From NCBI GenBank assembly GCA_036351155.1, contig JAZBOO010000262.1:1-33230 (forward strand): 33,230 nt of DNA, written 5' to 3'. Origin of the DNA: Candidatus Krumholzibacteriia bacterium. Its GTDB lineage: Bacteria; Krumholzibacteriota; Krumholzibacteriia; LZORAL124-64-63. The notes under the pieces are model-generated. The model saw only the letters and a list, made by a program, of their open reading frames with translations. It was not told where the DNA came from and searched no databases. Below are positions 8,399 through 17,916 of the stretch, one piece after another; the stretch's first letter is position 1; every line of letters begins with the position of its first letter. A program made the translations under genes and the position numbers.

Positions 8399-10498
8399 CT
8401 ACGCTTTATCAGGCAACGGCGGAAACGCCCGCGGATTGGTGGCCTGCAACAGCCGGTCCAGATCCTTGATCAATCCCACCACGATCAGCCGGTCGGCCAC
8501 CCCCAGGGGTTGGTCCGGATCGGGCATCTCGTTGTGCAGACCGCCCACGGCGTTGCGCTTCTTCACCGCCAGGACCGAGACATTGTAATGCTCCCTGAGC
8601 GCCAGGTCTCGCAAATTGCGGCCGGTCCATTCCGCCGGCGGCACCAGCAGCTGCACCTTGTAGCTTTCGGGCAGCTCCACGCAATCGTGCATGCGCCCCT
8701 TGCCGGTGACCAGCTGAATGCCCATGTCCTGCTGCTGCAGGATTTCGCGATTGTACACCTCGAAAATGGCACGCCGTGTGATGATCCCCACCAGGGCGGG
8801 ATGGTCCCGGTTGTACAGCACGGGCAGGTCGGTGCTGTCCTGATGTCCCAGGCACACCAGACAGTCCTCCAGGTTGTCCTGGCGGAACACCGAATCCGGC
8901 ACCGGATTCATCACGTCGCCGGCGATCAGCAGCTTGCCCAGCTGTTCCTCGTGCAGCACGTCCTTCACATCGTGGATGGAAACGCGCCCCACCAGAAGGC
9001 CCTCGTCGTCCACCACGTAGTAGTGCTCTTCGGGATTGTCCAGGAAGAGCTTCAGGAACTGGTCGAAGCGGTCGGTCACCTTGATGGTCACCGGGTTCAG
9101 CTCCATGATGTCCTCGACGTGAAAATCGCGCAGCAACGCGCTTTCCCGACCCCGCTCCAGTTCCTGGCCGCGCAGGCTGAACTTCAGGGTGAAGATCGAA
9201 TCCTTCATGAAGCTGCGGTAGATCATGGCCGCACCGATGCTGGCCAGCATCAGGGGCAGAATGACGTGGTACTCGCCAGTCATCTCGAACAGGATGAGGA
9301 TGGCCGTCAGGGGACCGCCCGTGGCCGCCCCCACCATGGCCGCCATGCCCACCATGGCAAAGGCCCCCACCGCACCCGTGGACGCGGGAAACAGCAGGTG
9401 CATGACCGCCCCGAAGGCTCCCCCCAGCATGCCCCCCAGGAACAGCGCCGGGGCAAAAATGCCCCCGGAAAAACCCGAGCCCAGGGTCACGTTCACCGCG
9501 ATCAGTTTCACCAGAACCAGGAGGGCCATCAGGTGCCACACCATGTGACCGTTCAGGGCATCGACCATGGAGTCGTAGCCCACGCCGTAGACCTGGGGAA
9601 ACTGGACCACCAGCAGGCCCAGCAGCAAACCACCCAGCGAAGGCTTGAGCCAGCCGGGGATGGGCAGCTTCTCGAAGGCTTCTTCGGAGGCGTAAAGGGT
9701 GCGCACATAGACCACGGCCACCAGGCCGACCAGCAAGCCCATCACCAGATAGAAGGGCAGTTCGTGGTAGCCGCTCATGACAAAGCCGGGCACGGGAAAA
9801 GCAGGGGTGTCCCCCAGGAACTCCCGGCTGACCGCGGTGGCCACCACGCTGGCCACGATGATGGGGCTGAAGGTGCGGACGGCAAAATCGCGCAGCAGGA
9901 TTTCCAGGGCGAAGAAGGCCCCGGCGATGGGAGCGTTGAAGGTGGCCGAGATGCCCGCCGCCGCGCCGCAGCCGATCAGCGTGCGCAGGCGCTGGGGAGA
10001 GAACCGCAGAACCTGGCCCAGGGAGCTGCCCATGGCCGCGCCGATCTGCACGATGGGGCCTTCTCGTCCCACCGACCCGCCAAAGGCGATGGTGATGGCA
10101 CTGGCGATGATCTTGACCGCCGCGACCACCGGCCTGATCACACCCTTCTTGAACACCAGGGCGCCCAGCACCTCGGGAACTCCGTGCCCCTTGGCCTCGC
10201 GGGCCCCGAAATGCACCAGGGGGCCCACCACCAGGCCGCCTACCACCGGCAGCAGGATCTTTTTCCACCAGGGGATGGTCTTCAGGATGGCCACCGTCTC
10301 CTCGCCGTGGCCGATGGCAAAACCCTGGAAGAAATCGACCAGCCAGCGGAACAGGATGGCCCCGAAACCGCCCACCAGGCCCACGATCACCGCCACGCAC
10401 ACCATGATGGCCGTCTCGTCGGGCGTGAACCGCTCGATGAGCCGGAAAAATGCGTGTCTGAGGCGGTTGGTGCCGTGGGCACCGGTTTCCGCGGACAT
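8399..10498 (-). CDS. ClC-family chloride channel/transporter with a CBS pair and a C-terminal TrkA_C (RCK_C) domain
   Basis: GHGVP, GGSVGREGP, 'GAAAGISATFNAPIAG', GGIFAP and 'EMTGEY'; CBS repeats 'VEDIM...VVDDEG.LVG'; 'GRNLRDLALREHYNVSVLAVK'. AGGAG RBS. Confidence 0.93.
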   Translation of the reverse strand: MSAETGAHGTNRLRHAFFRLIERFTPDETAIMVCVAVIVGLVGGFGAILFRWLVDFFQGFAIGHGEETVAILKTIPWWKKILLPVVGGLVVGPLVHFGAREAKGHGVPEVLGALVFKKGVIRPVVAAVKIIASAITIAFGGSVGREGPIVQIGAAMGSSLGQVLRFSPQRLRTLIGCGAAAGISATFNAPIAGAFFALEILLRDFAVRTFSPIIVASVVATAVSREFLGDTPAFPVPGFVMSGYHELPFYLVMGLLVGLVAVVYVRTLYASEEAFEKLPIPGWLKPSLGGLLLGLLVVQFPQVYGVGYDSMVDALNGHMVWHLMALLVLVKLIAVNVTLGSGFSGGIFAPALFLGGMLGGAFGAVMHLLFPASTGAVGAFAMVGMAAMVGAATGGPLTAILILFEMTGEYHVILPLMLASIGAAMIYRSFMKDSIFTLKFSLRGQELERGRESALLRDFHVEDIMELNPVTIKVTDRFDQFLKLFLDNPEEHYYVVDDEGLLVGRVSIHDVKDVLHEEQLGKLLIAGDVMNPVPDSVFRQDNLEDCLVCLGHQDSTDLPVLYNRDHPALVGIITRRAIFEVYNREILQQQDMGIQLVTGKGRMHDCVELPESYKVQLLVPPAEWTGRNLRDLALREHYNVSVLAVKKRNAVGGLHNEMPDPDQPLGVADRLIVVGLIKDLDRLLQATNPRAFPPLPDKA

Positions 10499-10663
10499 GG
10501 GGTGTCTCCTGACAAGCCGGTGAATACAGGGTCAATTTCGGTCTGCTGGCCGGAAGCCAAAGCTGGCAAACAGGTATATCTTAGTCAAATCCAGGCTGAA
10601 GAATATGAAATCATGTGTCATGCTGTGAATAATCTCCTCTTCCCCAATGCGCAAAGGAATTCC

Positions 10664-13360
10664 ATGACCGACTTCTTCACTCCCGATGGTCAGCTTCGCC
10701 CCTGCATCCTGGCGGCCAACCTGTATACCGCAGCCTTGCCCAGCGGATTGAAGGTCGTCATCAAGACCGATCGTCGCACCCCGGTGGCCGTTTGCAACGT
10801 CTGGGTGAAGGTGGGGAGCAATCGCGAGCCCGAGCCGTTGCGAGGCTGGTCCCACGGAATCGAGCACATGCTGTTCAAGGGCACCGGAACGCGCAACGAG
10901 GGCGATTTTGCCCGCGAGGTGGCCGAGGCCGGGGGCAGCACCAACGCCGGCACCGGGTACGAGACCACCAACTACCACATCACATTGCCCGCCGAAAATT
11001 TGCCGGTGGCGGTGGATATCCTGGGCGATGCCCTGCTGGGCTCGGTGTTCGAGGCCGCCAGCCTGGACGCCGAGCGCAAGGTTCTGGTCCACGAGAACCA
11101 CATGTATGACGACATCCCCTTCGGCTTCGGGGTGACCTGGCGCTGGGCCATGGAACTGGCCTTCGACCAGAGTCCGTACCATCATCCCATCGGAGGTCGC
11201 GACGAGAACTTGCTGGAACGCGACCGCGAGGACATCATGGCCTTCTACCGCTCGGCCTACCGGCCCGACAACATGACCGTGGTGGTCGTGGGCGATGTCG
11301 ACCCCGACGATGCCTTTGCCCTGGTGCAAAAGAAGTTCACCCCCCATCCGGACCAGCACTTCGAGCCCGTGGACACACCCCGCACCCTGGTCAGCCTGCC
11401 CGCCACCGAGCCCGAGCACGACCGCTGCCGTATCCGTGTGGAGCAAGGTGACATCAAGCGGGCCTACTGCAAGCTTGTGTTTCCCGGGCCGGGAGAAAAC
11501 GATCCCACCCGCCCGGTGATGAGCGTGGCCCGGCGAGTGCTTTCGGACGGCCGCAGCTGCCGGCTGTTCCGCCATCTCCAGGAGGAGCTCAAGCTGGTCG
11601 ATGATTTTGCCCTGATGGCCGAGGCCGGCCCCCGCGAGGGCGTGATCATCCTGGATCTGGAAACCGATGTGGACCGGCTGCCGCGCGCCATCACCGCGGT
11701 GGCCCGGATCCTGACCGAGCTGGCCCAGGACGGGTGCACCGAAGCCGAGCTGGACCGGGCCCGCATCCGGGTGGCCCGCAGTTTCCTGTTCGGAGACGAG
11801 ACCGTGCAGGGCCAGGCCTCGACCCTGGGCTACCACGAGGCCATGGGCGATCTGGAAGGGGCCTTCGCCTTCCCGGACCGCGTGGCCAAGGTCACCCGCC
11901 AGGATGTGGCGAGCCTGTGCCGCCAGCTGTTCCGCCACCAGGATCTCAGCTGTGTGATCTACCTGCCTCAGGGCACCGATCCGGCCGCTCTCGGAATTCC
12001 CACCGACCAGGACCAGCTCGAGGCCCTGCTGGAGGGTGCGCTATGCTACGATGACAATGTGGACGACCAGGAGGAGACGGCCCTGCCGGCGCCCCTGATC
12101 AACCTCAACCGACAGCCGCAGCCCACCGAGCCCGTGTTTGTGGGCCATCACCTGAACAACGGGGCGGCTCTGCACTACCAGGTGGATCACACCCTGCCCA
12201 TCCTGGGGCTGACCATGACCGTCAAGGGTGGAGCCACCGGCGAAACGGTGACCAGCGCGGGCCTGTCCACCCTCATGCAGATGGTGCAGATCAAGGGCAC
12301 CGGCAATCTGGTGAGCGAGCAGATCCATTCCACCCTGGAAGGTGAAGGGGCGTCGCTGTCACCGCGCACGGAGCGGGATTTCAGCGGCCTGTCTTTCAGT
12401 GGGCTGAGCGATCGCCTGGACCGGGCCGTGGCCCTGATGGGGCAGGTGGCCACCGCGCCCTCGTTCCCTCCGGAGGAAATTGAACAGGAAAGGCGCCTGG
12501 CCCAGGAGCAGCTGGCGTCCCTGGATGACAATCCCTTCCAGGCCGCCGCGGTGGAGATGCGCAAGCTTTTGTACGGCGACCATCCCTACGGCCGCCCCCT
12601 GGCCGGCACCCTGGAAAGTCTCCCCCTCCTGACGCGCGCCCACCTCCTGGAGCGCCACCACCAGGCCTGGACCGCGGCCAACCTGCAGATCGTCGTGGCG
12701 GGCAGCTTCGAACCCGAGCGCCTGTCCGACCTGCTGGACGAGGCGCTGCGTGATCTGCCCGCCGGGCATGCCCTGCCCGATCCGGCCCCGGGTCCGGCCC
12801 AGCACCCGTCAGGGGTTGTTTCGCGCAAGCTGGACAAGGAGCAGAATCAGAGTGTGGTGCTGGTGGGGTGGCCCGGAGTGACCGACCCCAACACCCACCG
12901 CCCTGAAATGCTGATGCTCAAGGAAGTGCTCAACGGCCAGGCCGGCCGTCTGTTCGAGCAGCTGCGCAACCAGCGCTCCCTGTGCTACAACACGGGCACC
13001 CTGAGCACGGCCGGTTTCGGTCAGGGCATGTTCCTGGGCTATGTGTTGACCGCACCCGAGACGGAAAATGATGCCCGCGAAGCCCTGGTGGAAGGGCTGG
13101 TGCAGATGACAGCCCAGGATGTCCCGGGTCCCGAGTTCAACCGGGCGCGAGCCAAGCTGATCGGCAACATCCTGGTGTCGTCTCAGTCCAACACGTCCAA
13201 GGTGGTGCGCGCCAGTCAGGACCTCCTGTTCGGGCGGGATCCCAACGGATTGCCCCAGCTGGTGGAGGGCATCCGGAACTGTACTCCTGCAGATGTGCGC
13301 CGCCTGGCCCAGGGGCTTTTCACCGCCAGCGATCGGTACGAGGTCACCATCGGGCCGTGA
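10664..13360 (+). CDS. M16 (pitrilysin/insulinase) family zinc peptidase, fused two-half form
   Basis: HXXEH motif (HGIEHMLFKGT), 'NAGT..E.TNY', 'FYRSAYRPDNMTVVVVGD'; the second half lacks HXXEH but has 'RLFEQLRNQRSLCY'. ATG 10664 follows AAAGGA. Confidence 0.92.
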   Translation: MTDFFTPDGQLRPCILAANLYTAALPSGLKVVIKTDRRTPVAVCNVWVKVGSNREPEPLRGWSHGIEHMLFKGTGTRNEGDFAREVAEAGGSTNAGTGYETTNYHITLPAENLPVAVDILGDALLGSVFEAASLDAERKVLVHENHMYDDIPFGFGVTWRWAMELAFDQSPYHHPIGGRDENLLERDREDIMAFYRSAYRPDNMTVVVVGDVDPDDAFALVQKKFTPHPDQHFEPVDTPRTLVSLPATEPEHDRCRIRVEQGDIKRAYCKLVFPGPGENDPTRPVMSVARRVLSDGRSCRLFRHLQEELKLVDDFALMAEAGPREGVIILDLETDVDRLPRAITAVARILTELAQDGCTEAELDRARIRVARSFLFGDETVQGQASTLGYHEAMGDLEGAFAFPDRVAKVTRQDVASLCRQLFRHQDLSCVIYLPQGTDPAALGIPTDQDQLEALLEGALCYDDNVDDQEETALPAPLINLNRQPQPTEPVFVGHHLNNGAALHYQVDHTLPILGLTMTVKGGATGETVTSAGLSTLMQMVQIKGTGNLVSEQIHSTLEGEGASLSPRTERDFSGLSFSGLSDRLDRAVALMGQVATAPSFPPEEIEQERRLAQEQLASLDDNPFQAAAVEMRKLLYGDHPYGRPLAGTLESLPLLTRAHLLERHHQAWTAANLQIVVAGSFEPERLSDLLDEALRDLPAGHALPDPAPGPAQHPSGVVSRKLDKEQNQSVVLVGWPGVTDPNTHRPEMLMLKEVLNGQAGRLFEQLRNQRSLCYNTGTLSTAGFGQGMFLGYVLTAPETENDAREALVEGLVQMTAQDVPGPEFNRARAKLIGNILVSSQSNTSKVVRASQDLLFGRDPNGLPQLVEGIRNCTPADVRRLAQGLFTASDRYEVTIGP

Positions 13361-13382
13361 TCTCGTTTGTTTTGCAAGCAAA

Positions 13383-13416
13383 GGCCGGCGGTCAAGCAGA
13401 CCGCCGGCCATTTTTT
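13383..13416 (+). terminator. Intrinsic terminator
   Basis: GGCCGGCGGTC-aagca-GACCGCCGGCC followed by ATTTTTT, between convergent genes. Confidence 0.8.
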
Positions 13417-13436
13417 ATCGACAGAACAGGCAAAAA

Positions 13437-13772
13437 CTACCGGACGGTGGCGTACCGGTCCGGAGCATCGGACATGTCGATCAGGATGGTGCGCTTCGAG
13501 AAATTCGCCCGATGGTTCACCCCTTCGGGGACCTTGTAGTAGTCGCCGGCCTCGTAGAGGTTGGTTTCGCCCTCGACCTCGATGGTCATTTCTCCGGAAA
13601 CCACGATGCCCTGCTGTTCGCAGTGGGAGTGGTCAGGAAAGCTGACCCCTTCCTCGAACACGAAGAACACCAGCTGTCTCTCCTCATTGCGAAGGCAGTA
13701 GCCTTCCGCTCCGGCAATGGGCACTTCGACTTTGGGCAGGGAAAGAATTTCGCGGGGAAGCGTGGATTCCAT
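13437..13772 (-). CDS. Cupin domain protein
   Basis: 'PDHSHCEQQGIVVSGEM' and 'AGDYYKVPEGVNH' cupin motifs; GGAGG RBS. Confidence 0.88.
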   Translation of the reverse strand: MESTLPREILSLPKVEVPIAGAEGYCLRNEERQLVFFVFEEGVSFPDHSHCEQQGIVVSGEMTIEVEGETNLYEAGDYYKVPEGVNHRANFSKRTILIDMSDAPDRYATVR

Positions 13773-13869
13773 ATGTTGGATCCTCCTGGGAAGAACGCCG
13801 GCAAGGGATTTACGACATTATTAACAGAATCGGCTTGCTTGGCAAGTCCGGTTAAAATCTGGGCCCGAT

Positions 13870-14373
13870 TCAGCGCCCATCAGGCGCATAATCGGCCCCG
13901 CGCATGGGCAAGGCCGGTCGGTCCGACGGGGTTTCCGCCGTCACCACCTCACCCACGAAACAATCATGATCTCCGGTCCGGAACACGTCCTGCACCTTGC
14001 AGAGAAACCGCGCCGCACAGTCCCGCACCGCCGGAATCCCCTCGCCTAGCAAGTCGTGGTCCACCTGGGCCCACTTGTCCAACTCGCGGCGGCTCTTCAA
14101 ACCGAACAGTCGGGCCGCCGGCACCTGGTCGTCAGCAAGGACGGACACGGTGAAGTGGGTGGTCCCCTTCATCATTTCGTAGGTGTACCGCTCGTGGCCA
14201 ATGCTCACCAGGATCAGCACGGGGTCGATGGACACGCGCGTCACCCAGGCAGCCGTCAGGCCACCCAGCACGTCGCCTTGCCGGGCACCGATGACAGCCA
14301 CCGGTGCAGGAATACGCCGCAGGGCAGTATCCAGGATTTCCTTTTCCACAGAGGACTTGGGATGGTCGGTCAT
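13870..14373 (-). CDS. Flavin reductase family protein
   Basis: 'GLTAAWVTRVSIDP.LILVSI', 'FTVSVL' and 'GDHDCFVGEV'. Confidence 0.9.
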   Translation of the reverse strand: MTDHPKSSVEKEILDTALRRIPAPVAVIGARQGDVLGGLTAAWVTRVSIDPVLILVSIGHERYTYEMMKGTTHFTVSVLADDQVPAARLFGLKSRRELDKWAQVDHDLLGEGIPAVRDCAARFLCKVQDVFRTGDHDCFVGEVVTAETPSDRPALPMRGADYAPDGR

Positions 14374-14409
14374 GTCGGGAGTCCGTCTTCCGGTGGCAGG
14401 GTTCAGGGG

Positions 14410-15279
14410 TCAGGTCAGGGAAAAGTCCGCCAGCACAGGATAATGATCCGAAGGTAGGGCACTTTCCCGGTGATCCAAGCCCGAAAAGTCGACCCGATCC
14501 ACCTTGTGCACTTCCAGCTGGGGCCGATAAAACACGTAGTCGATGCGACGCGGCCCCATCAGATAATGTCCCATGCGATCGCGCAGGCCAAGGCCCCGAA
14601 AGGTGGCGCCCTCGGCGCTTTCCGGTCCATTGACCGATGACCAGGCATCATACATGGGTTCCAGGTCGCCCGCGGTGTCGCTCATGGCCAGGATCTCGGG
14701 GGAATCGGCCAGGGCGTTGAAATCGCCGGTGAGAAAAATGGGGGTGTCGGGCCCCATTTCCCGGACCTTGTCGCTGACGTACTGGCGCAGCAGATGAGCG
14801 CTGCGCTTGCGGTGCCAGCTGTTCACCGCCTCGAGGTGGGTGGTCCCGAACACGAAGGATTGATCGGACCCCGCCAGCTCGAAGGTGTTCCAGTTGACCA
14901 CCCGCGGGCGGGTTCCCAGATGAAACTGCGAGGCGGGCACCTCGGGTGTGGGCGACAGCCACATGGTGTCCATCCCATTCTCGGGATTCACAGGACGCAC
15001 CCGGTCCCGCTTGTAGAAGATGGCGCAGTACCAGTTGCTGGCGCTGTGGGCCATGCTCTGTCCCAGGTTGCCTTCGCCCACGAAATCGTAATCGGGCAGC
15101 AACTCCGACAGCTCATCCAGCTGGGCGTAGTTGGCTTCCTGGGTGCCCACCACATCGGGCTGCAGCGTGGTGAAAATCCGGGCGATATTGCGCTTGCGCA
15201 GACGCCAGGGATGACGACGACGCTTCTTGGTCGACGTCAGGAGATTGAAGGTCATGACACGGAGCTGGTCGGAGGTCAA
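14410..15279 (-). CDS. Endonuclease/exonuclease/phosphatase (EEP) family protein
   Basis: 'LRVMTFNL', 'PDVVGTQE', 'TTHL', 'LTGDFNA', 'RIDYVF' and 'PSDHYPV'. TTG start 3 nt after the upstream stop. Confidence 0.9.
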   Translation of the reverse strand: MTSDQLRVMTFNLLTSTKKRRRHPWRLRKRNIARIFTTLQPDVVGTQEANYAQLDELSELLPDYDFVGEGNLGQSMAHSASNWYCAIFYKRDRVRPVNPENGMDTMWLSPTPEVPASQFHLGTRPRVVNWNTFELAGSDQSFVFGTTHLEAVNSWHRKRSAHLLRQYVSDKVREMGPDTPIFLTGDFNALADSPEILAMSDTAGDLEPMYDAWSSVNGPESAEGATFRGLGLRDRMGHYLMGPRRIDYVFYRPQLEVHKVDRVDFSGLDHRESALPSDHYPVLADFSLT

Positions 15280-15282
15280 AAT

Positions 15283-15852
15283 TTATCTCCCAAACAGATC
15301 CAGCTGAGGCGGATCCTGGGGAAGGCGCAGAGCCTGCAGCACGCAGGAGGTCCACCCCACGCGGGTGTCCTGGGGCAGCTGCAGGGTTTGCACCGAAAAT
15401 TCCTTGAGCAATTCGTCGATCAGCCGATCGATACCTACCTGGAATTCCACGGAGGTGTCCCGGGTTCCATCGAAAGTGGGCGCCTGCAAGATGGGCACCT
15501 TGACCAGCAGGTCGTAGGTGGTCAGCCAGTGGCGGATGAACGGTTCGATTTCGGGGCGCCGGCCCTCGGCGTGGACCAGGTAGGCATAGTTGTCCAGAAC
15601 GGCCCGGTCACACACCACCACATCGTAAACCCCTTGCAGCTCGATCTCACGGGCCACCTGGGTGTGCAGAATCCAGTTCTGGGCATCGCCGGTGGTTTCC
15701 CGGTTGATGGGCAGCGGACAGTGGCGTGCCACCTCCTTGACCAGGTCCACGCTCAGGTCCAGGCGCTTGAGGGCCGCAGCCAGTTCGAAACACAAGGTGG
15801 TCTTGCCCACCCCATGGGAACCGATGAAAGCGATTTTACGCGTTGAAATCAT
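15283..15852 (-). CDS. P-loop NTPase, AAA_28 / NadR-like kinase fold
   Basis: 'KIAFIGSHGVGKTTL', 'EVAR', 'VVCDRAVLDNYAY', 'YDLL' and 'DGTRD'. ATG at 15852. Confidence 0.85.
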   Translation of the reverse strand: MISTRKIAFIGSHGVGKTTLCFELAAALKRLDLSVDLVKEVARHCPLPINRETTGDAQNWILHTQVAREIELQGVYDVVVCDRAVLDNYAYLVHAEGRRPEIEPFIRHWLTTYDLLVKVPILQAPTFDGTRDTSVEFQVGIDRLIDELLKEFSVQTLQLPQDTRVGWTSCVLQALRLPQDPPQLDLFGR

Positions 15853-15990
15853 GCCGCCAATGTAACTCTGTGCCGGGCCTTGTGTCCAGTGGCGCCCATC
15901 GGGTGTTGCCGAACGGGATTCCAGACGATAATATTGGCCGATATGGAAAGCGGTCGGGGGAATCCGCAAAAATATTATGGAGATACACCC

Positions 15991-16704
15991 ATGAGTGATC
16001 ACTGGAATGAAGCCAATGGTGGGCTCAGAGGAAGTACCTTTCTGCGCTGGGGAGCCCTGGCTTACGCCATCGCTTCCCTGGCCTATTTTTGCTCGCGCCT
16101 TTTGATTTCCGGCCCCCTGGGACCAGACAACCCCTATTTCCTGATGTCTCTTCTGACCTGGAACATGGCCCTCTTTCTGGTGGGTGCCGGCTTCCTCTGG
16201 ACAGGGATCAATCCGTTCCTGAGCCGCTACGGCATCGGTGTGGGGCTGTTCATCGGGCTTCAGGCGGTCTACCTGCTGATCAGCATCATCAGTCCCAAGC
16301 TCCTGGTTCTTCCTCCCCCCGTCCTCACCGTGGGCCGCACCTTTCTGGTGGGCTTGTTTGCCGTGGTGGAGTGGAAACATCTGACCCGGTCCGGAGCCCT
16401 GTTGCTGGCCGCCGGGTCCTTCCTTCAGTTCATCCGGGTCTTCTTGCGGGGAATCGGAGTCTGGGAAACCATGCCCATGCCCTGGGATCCGGCCCTGAGC
16501 GCCCTGTTCATGATGATCACCGCCGGGGGGCTTTACATGGTGTCACGGGACCTTCGCAACCATGAGGAAGTGTGGGCGCGCGGCAACCTCCCCATGCGCA
16601 ATGCCGAGTTTGCCTCCTTCAACAATCCCCAGCACCATTTTCGGGACGAAGATTCAGAGAAAAAGCCCGAATCCAGCGACTCGGGCTCTCCTCAATACCG
16701 CTGA
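15991..16704 (+). CDS. Hypothetical multi-pass membrane protein
   Basis: About 6 hydrophobic segments and a charged C-tail; GGAG RBS before ATG 15991. Confidence 0.75.
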   Translation: MSDHWNEANGGLRGSTFLRWGALAYAIASLAYFCSRLLISGPLGPDNPYFLMSLLTWNMALFLVGAGFLWTGINPFLSRYGIGVGLFIGLQAVYLLISIISPKLLVLPPPVLTVGRTFLVGLFAVVEWKHLTRSGALLLAAGSFLQFIRVFLRGIGVWETMPMPWDPALSALFMMITAGGLYMVSRDLRNHEEVWARGNLPMRNAEFASFNNPQHHFRDEDSEKKPESSDSGSPQYR

Positions 16705-16716
16705 TCAGCCGGCCGC

Positions 16717-17319
16717 TCAGAAACTGTCGCGAAAACACACCTCGTCCAGGGGCACCTGCCCCCCGCGCACCCGCGCCGGCTCGGCCGCCTTGCCCACCGT
16801 CACGGCCATGACGATATCGTGTTCGGCCGGAAGCTTCACCAGCTCGGCCGCCTTGGCAAAGTCAAACCCGCTCATGGGGCAGGAATCGTAGCCCATGGCC
16901 TTGGCCGCCAGCATCACCGTCTGGGCCGCCATGCCCCCGGAGCGCAGGTTCTCGTCGCGCCGCTGGTCCACGTTGGCGTCGTAGTAGGACTTGATCATGG
17001 GCACCAGAAAGTCGCGGGTTTCCTGGGGCGCATTGGCCCAGTACCGCTCGGTATCCCTGGCATAGGCCATGCGATCACCGCACACCAGCACGATGGCCGA
17101 GCAGTCCGAAAACTGCGCCTGGTTCCAGCCCAGGGCACGGAAATCAGCCTTCACCTGGGGGTCGGTGATCACCACGAACCGCCAGTTCTGAATATTGAAA
17201 GCGGTGGGCGTGAGGATGACCGCTTCCATGAGCTGGGTGATCTCCTGATCCGTGATGACGTGATCGGGATCGAACTTCTTGACCGAACGCCGGCTGGCAA
17301 TGGCTTCAAACGTGTCCAA
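16717..17319 (-). CDS. Nitroreductase family protein
   Basis: 'AIASRRSVKKFD', 'PTAFNIQNWRFVV' and 'MLAAKAMGYDSCPMSGFD'. Confidence 0.92.
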   Translation of the reverse strand: MDTFEAIASRRSVKKFDPDHVITDQEITQLMEAVILTPTAFNIQNWRFVVITDPQVKADFRALGWNQAQFSDCSAIVLVCGDRMAYARDTERYWANAPQETRDFLVPMIKSYYDANVDQRRDENLRSGGMAAQTVMLAAKAMGYDSCPMSGFDFAKAAELVKLPAEHDIVMAVTVGKAAEPARVRGGQVPLDEVCFRDSF

Positions 17320-17761
17320 TGGATTTTCCTTTGGCTGAAGGCGGGATTTGAAGATCGTCTGCCATGATAAACCCGGGAGAAGTTCCTGCCACCGCCCGAT
17401 TGATGACGGCCTGAAAAACCAGAAAGCCCAGGACGTACATGGCCACGTCCCAGGGATCGGCGGTGACCCGGCTGCTGAGGCGCGGCAAGATCCCCTCGAA
17501 GTAGAGGGAGAAAGCGGCCAGCGCCGCCAGTCCGTGACTTAATGGCAATGTCCGGGCTTGCCCCCCACTCGCCAGGCGATGAGCCAGCAACACGCCGGTC
17601 AACACCAGGGGCAGGCAGAGAAAATCATCGGCGTAAGACGTGATCAACCGGGGCATAACACCCAGCCCTTCCCACACCTTCAAGCAGACGAAGGCCCCCC
17701 CCAGCCCCAGAAACAGGGTCAGGGGAAGGCCTGACAATGGGAGCTTGGCCGGCGTCTTCAC
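17306..17761 (-). CDS. Small hypothetical membrane protein (Y.DDFLC.P ... E..LP ... DPWD family)
   Basis: Four hydrophobic segments, with 'SYADDFLCLPLVL', 'FEGILP' and 'TADPWDVAMY..G'. GTG at 17761 overlaps the upstream sORF stop. Confidence 0.72.
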   Translation of the reverse strand: MKTPAKLPLSGLPLTLFLGLGGAFVCLKVWEGLGVMPRLITSYADDFLCLPLVLTGVLLAHRLASGGQARTLPLSHGLAALAAFSLYFEGILPRLSSRVTADPWDVAMYVLGFLVFQAVINRAVAGTSPGFIMADDLQIPPSAKGKSIGHV

Positions 17762-17844
17762 ATGTTCAGGGCGGTGATCAGGACCATGGCCCCGCCCAGG
17801 ATCAGAAGGGTCAGCAACCAGCCGCTGCGGGCGACATTCTTCAT
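17758..17844 (-). CDS. Putative 28-aa single-TM microprotein (not in ORF track)
   Basis: MKNVARSGWLLTLLILGGAMVLITALNM*. RBS AAAGGAAG 4 nt before the ATG, GC3-rich codons, and a GTGA overlap with the next gene. Confidence 0.6.
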   Translation of the reverse strand: MKNVARSGWLLTLLILGGAMVLITALNM

Positions 17845-17916
17845 GGGGCTTCCTTTCAGATGAGACTTCTTGCCCCACAAAAGTAGAAGCCGCCCCACAG
17901 CGGCACAATCCCAAAT

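Noticed and set aside
8348..8401. ClC TAG stop followed in frame by 16 sense codons and TAA (possible amber read-through)
   Set aside because: Such a run is common by chance, other genes here end normally at TAG, and no recoding machinery is visible.
10544..10560. GG-N10-GC on the minus strand upstream of ClC
   Set aside because: Poor flanks (TGGCTT...CAGC) and no enhancer box; likely chance in GC-rich DNA.
8510..10663. 2.1-kb N-terminal extension making a 1616-aa M16 peptidase ORF
   Set aside because: It is the antisense shadow of the ClC gene, with His/Gln-rich non-protein-like composition. The peptidase has its own RBS and ATG at 10664.
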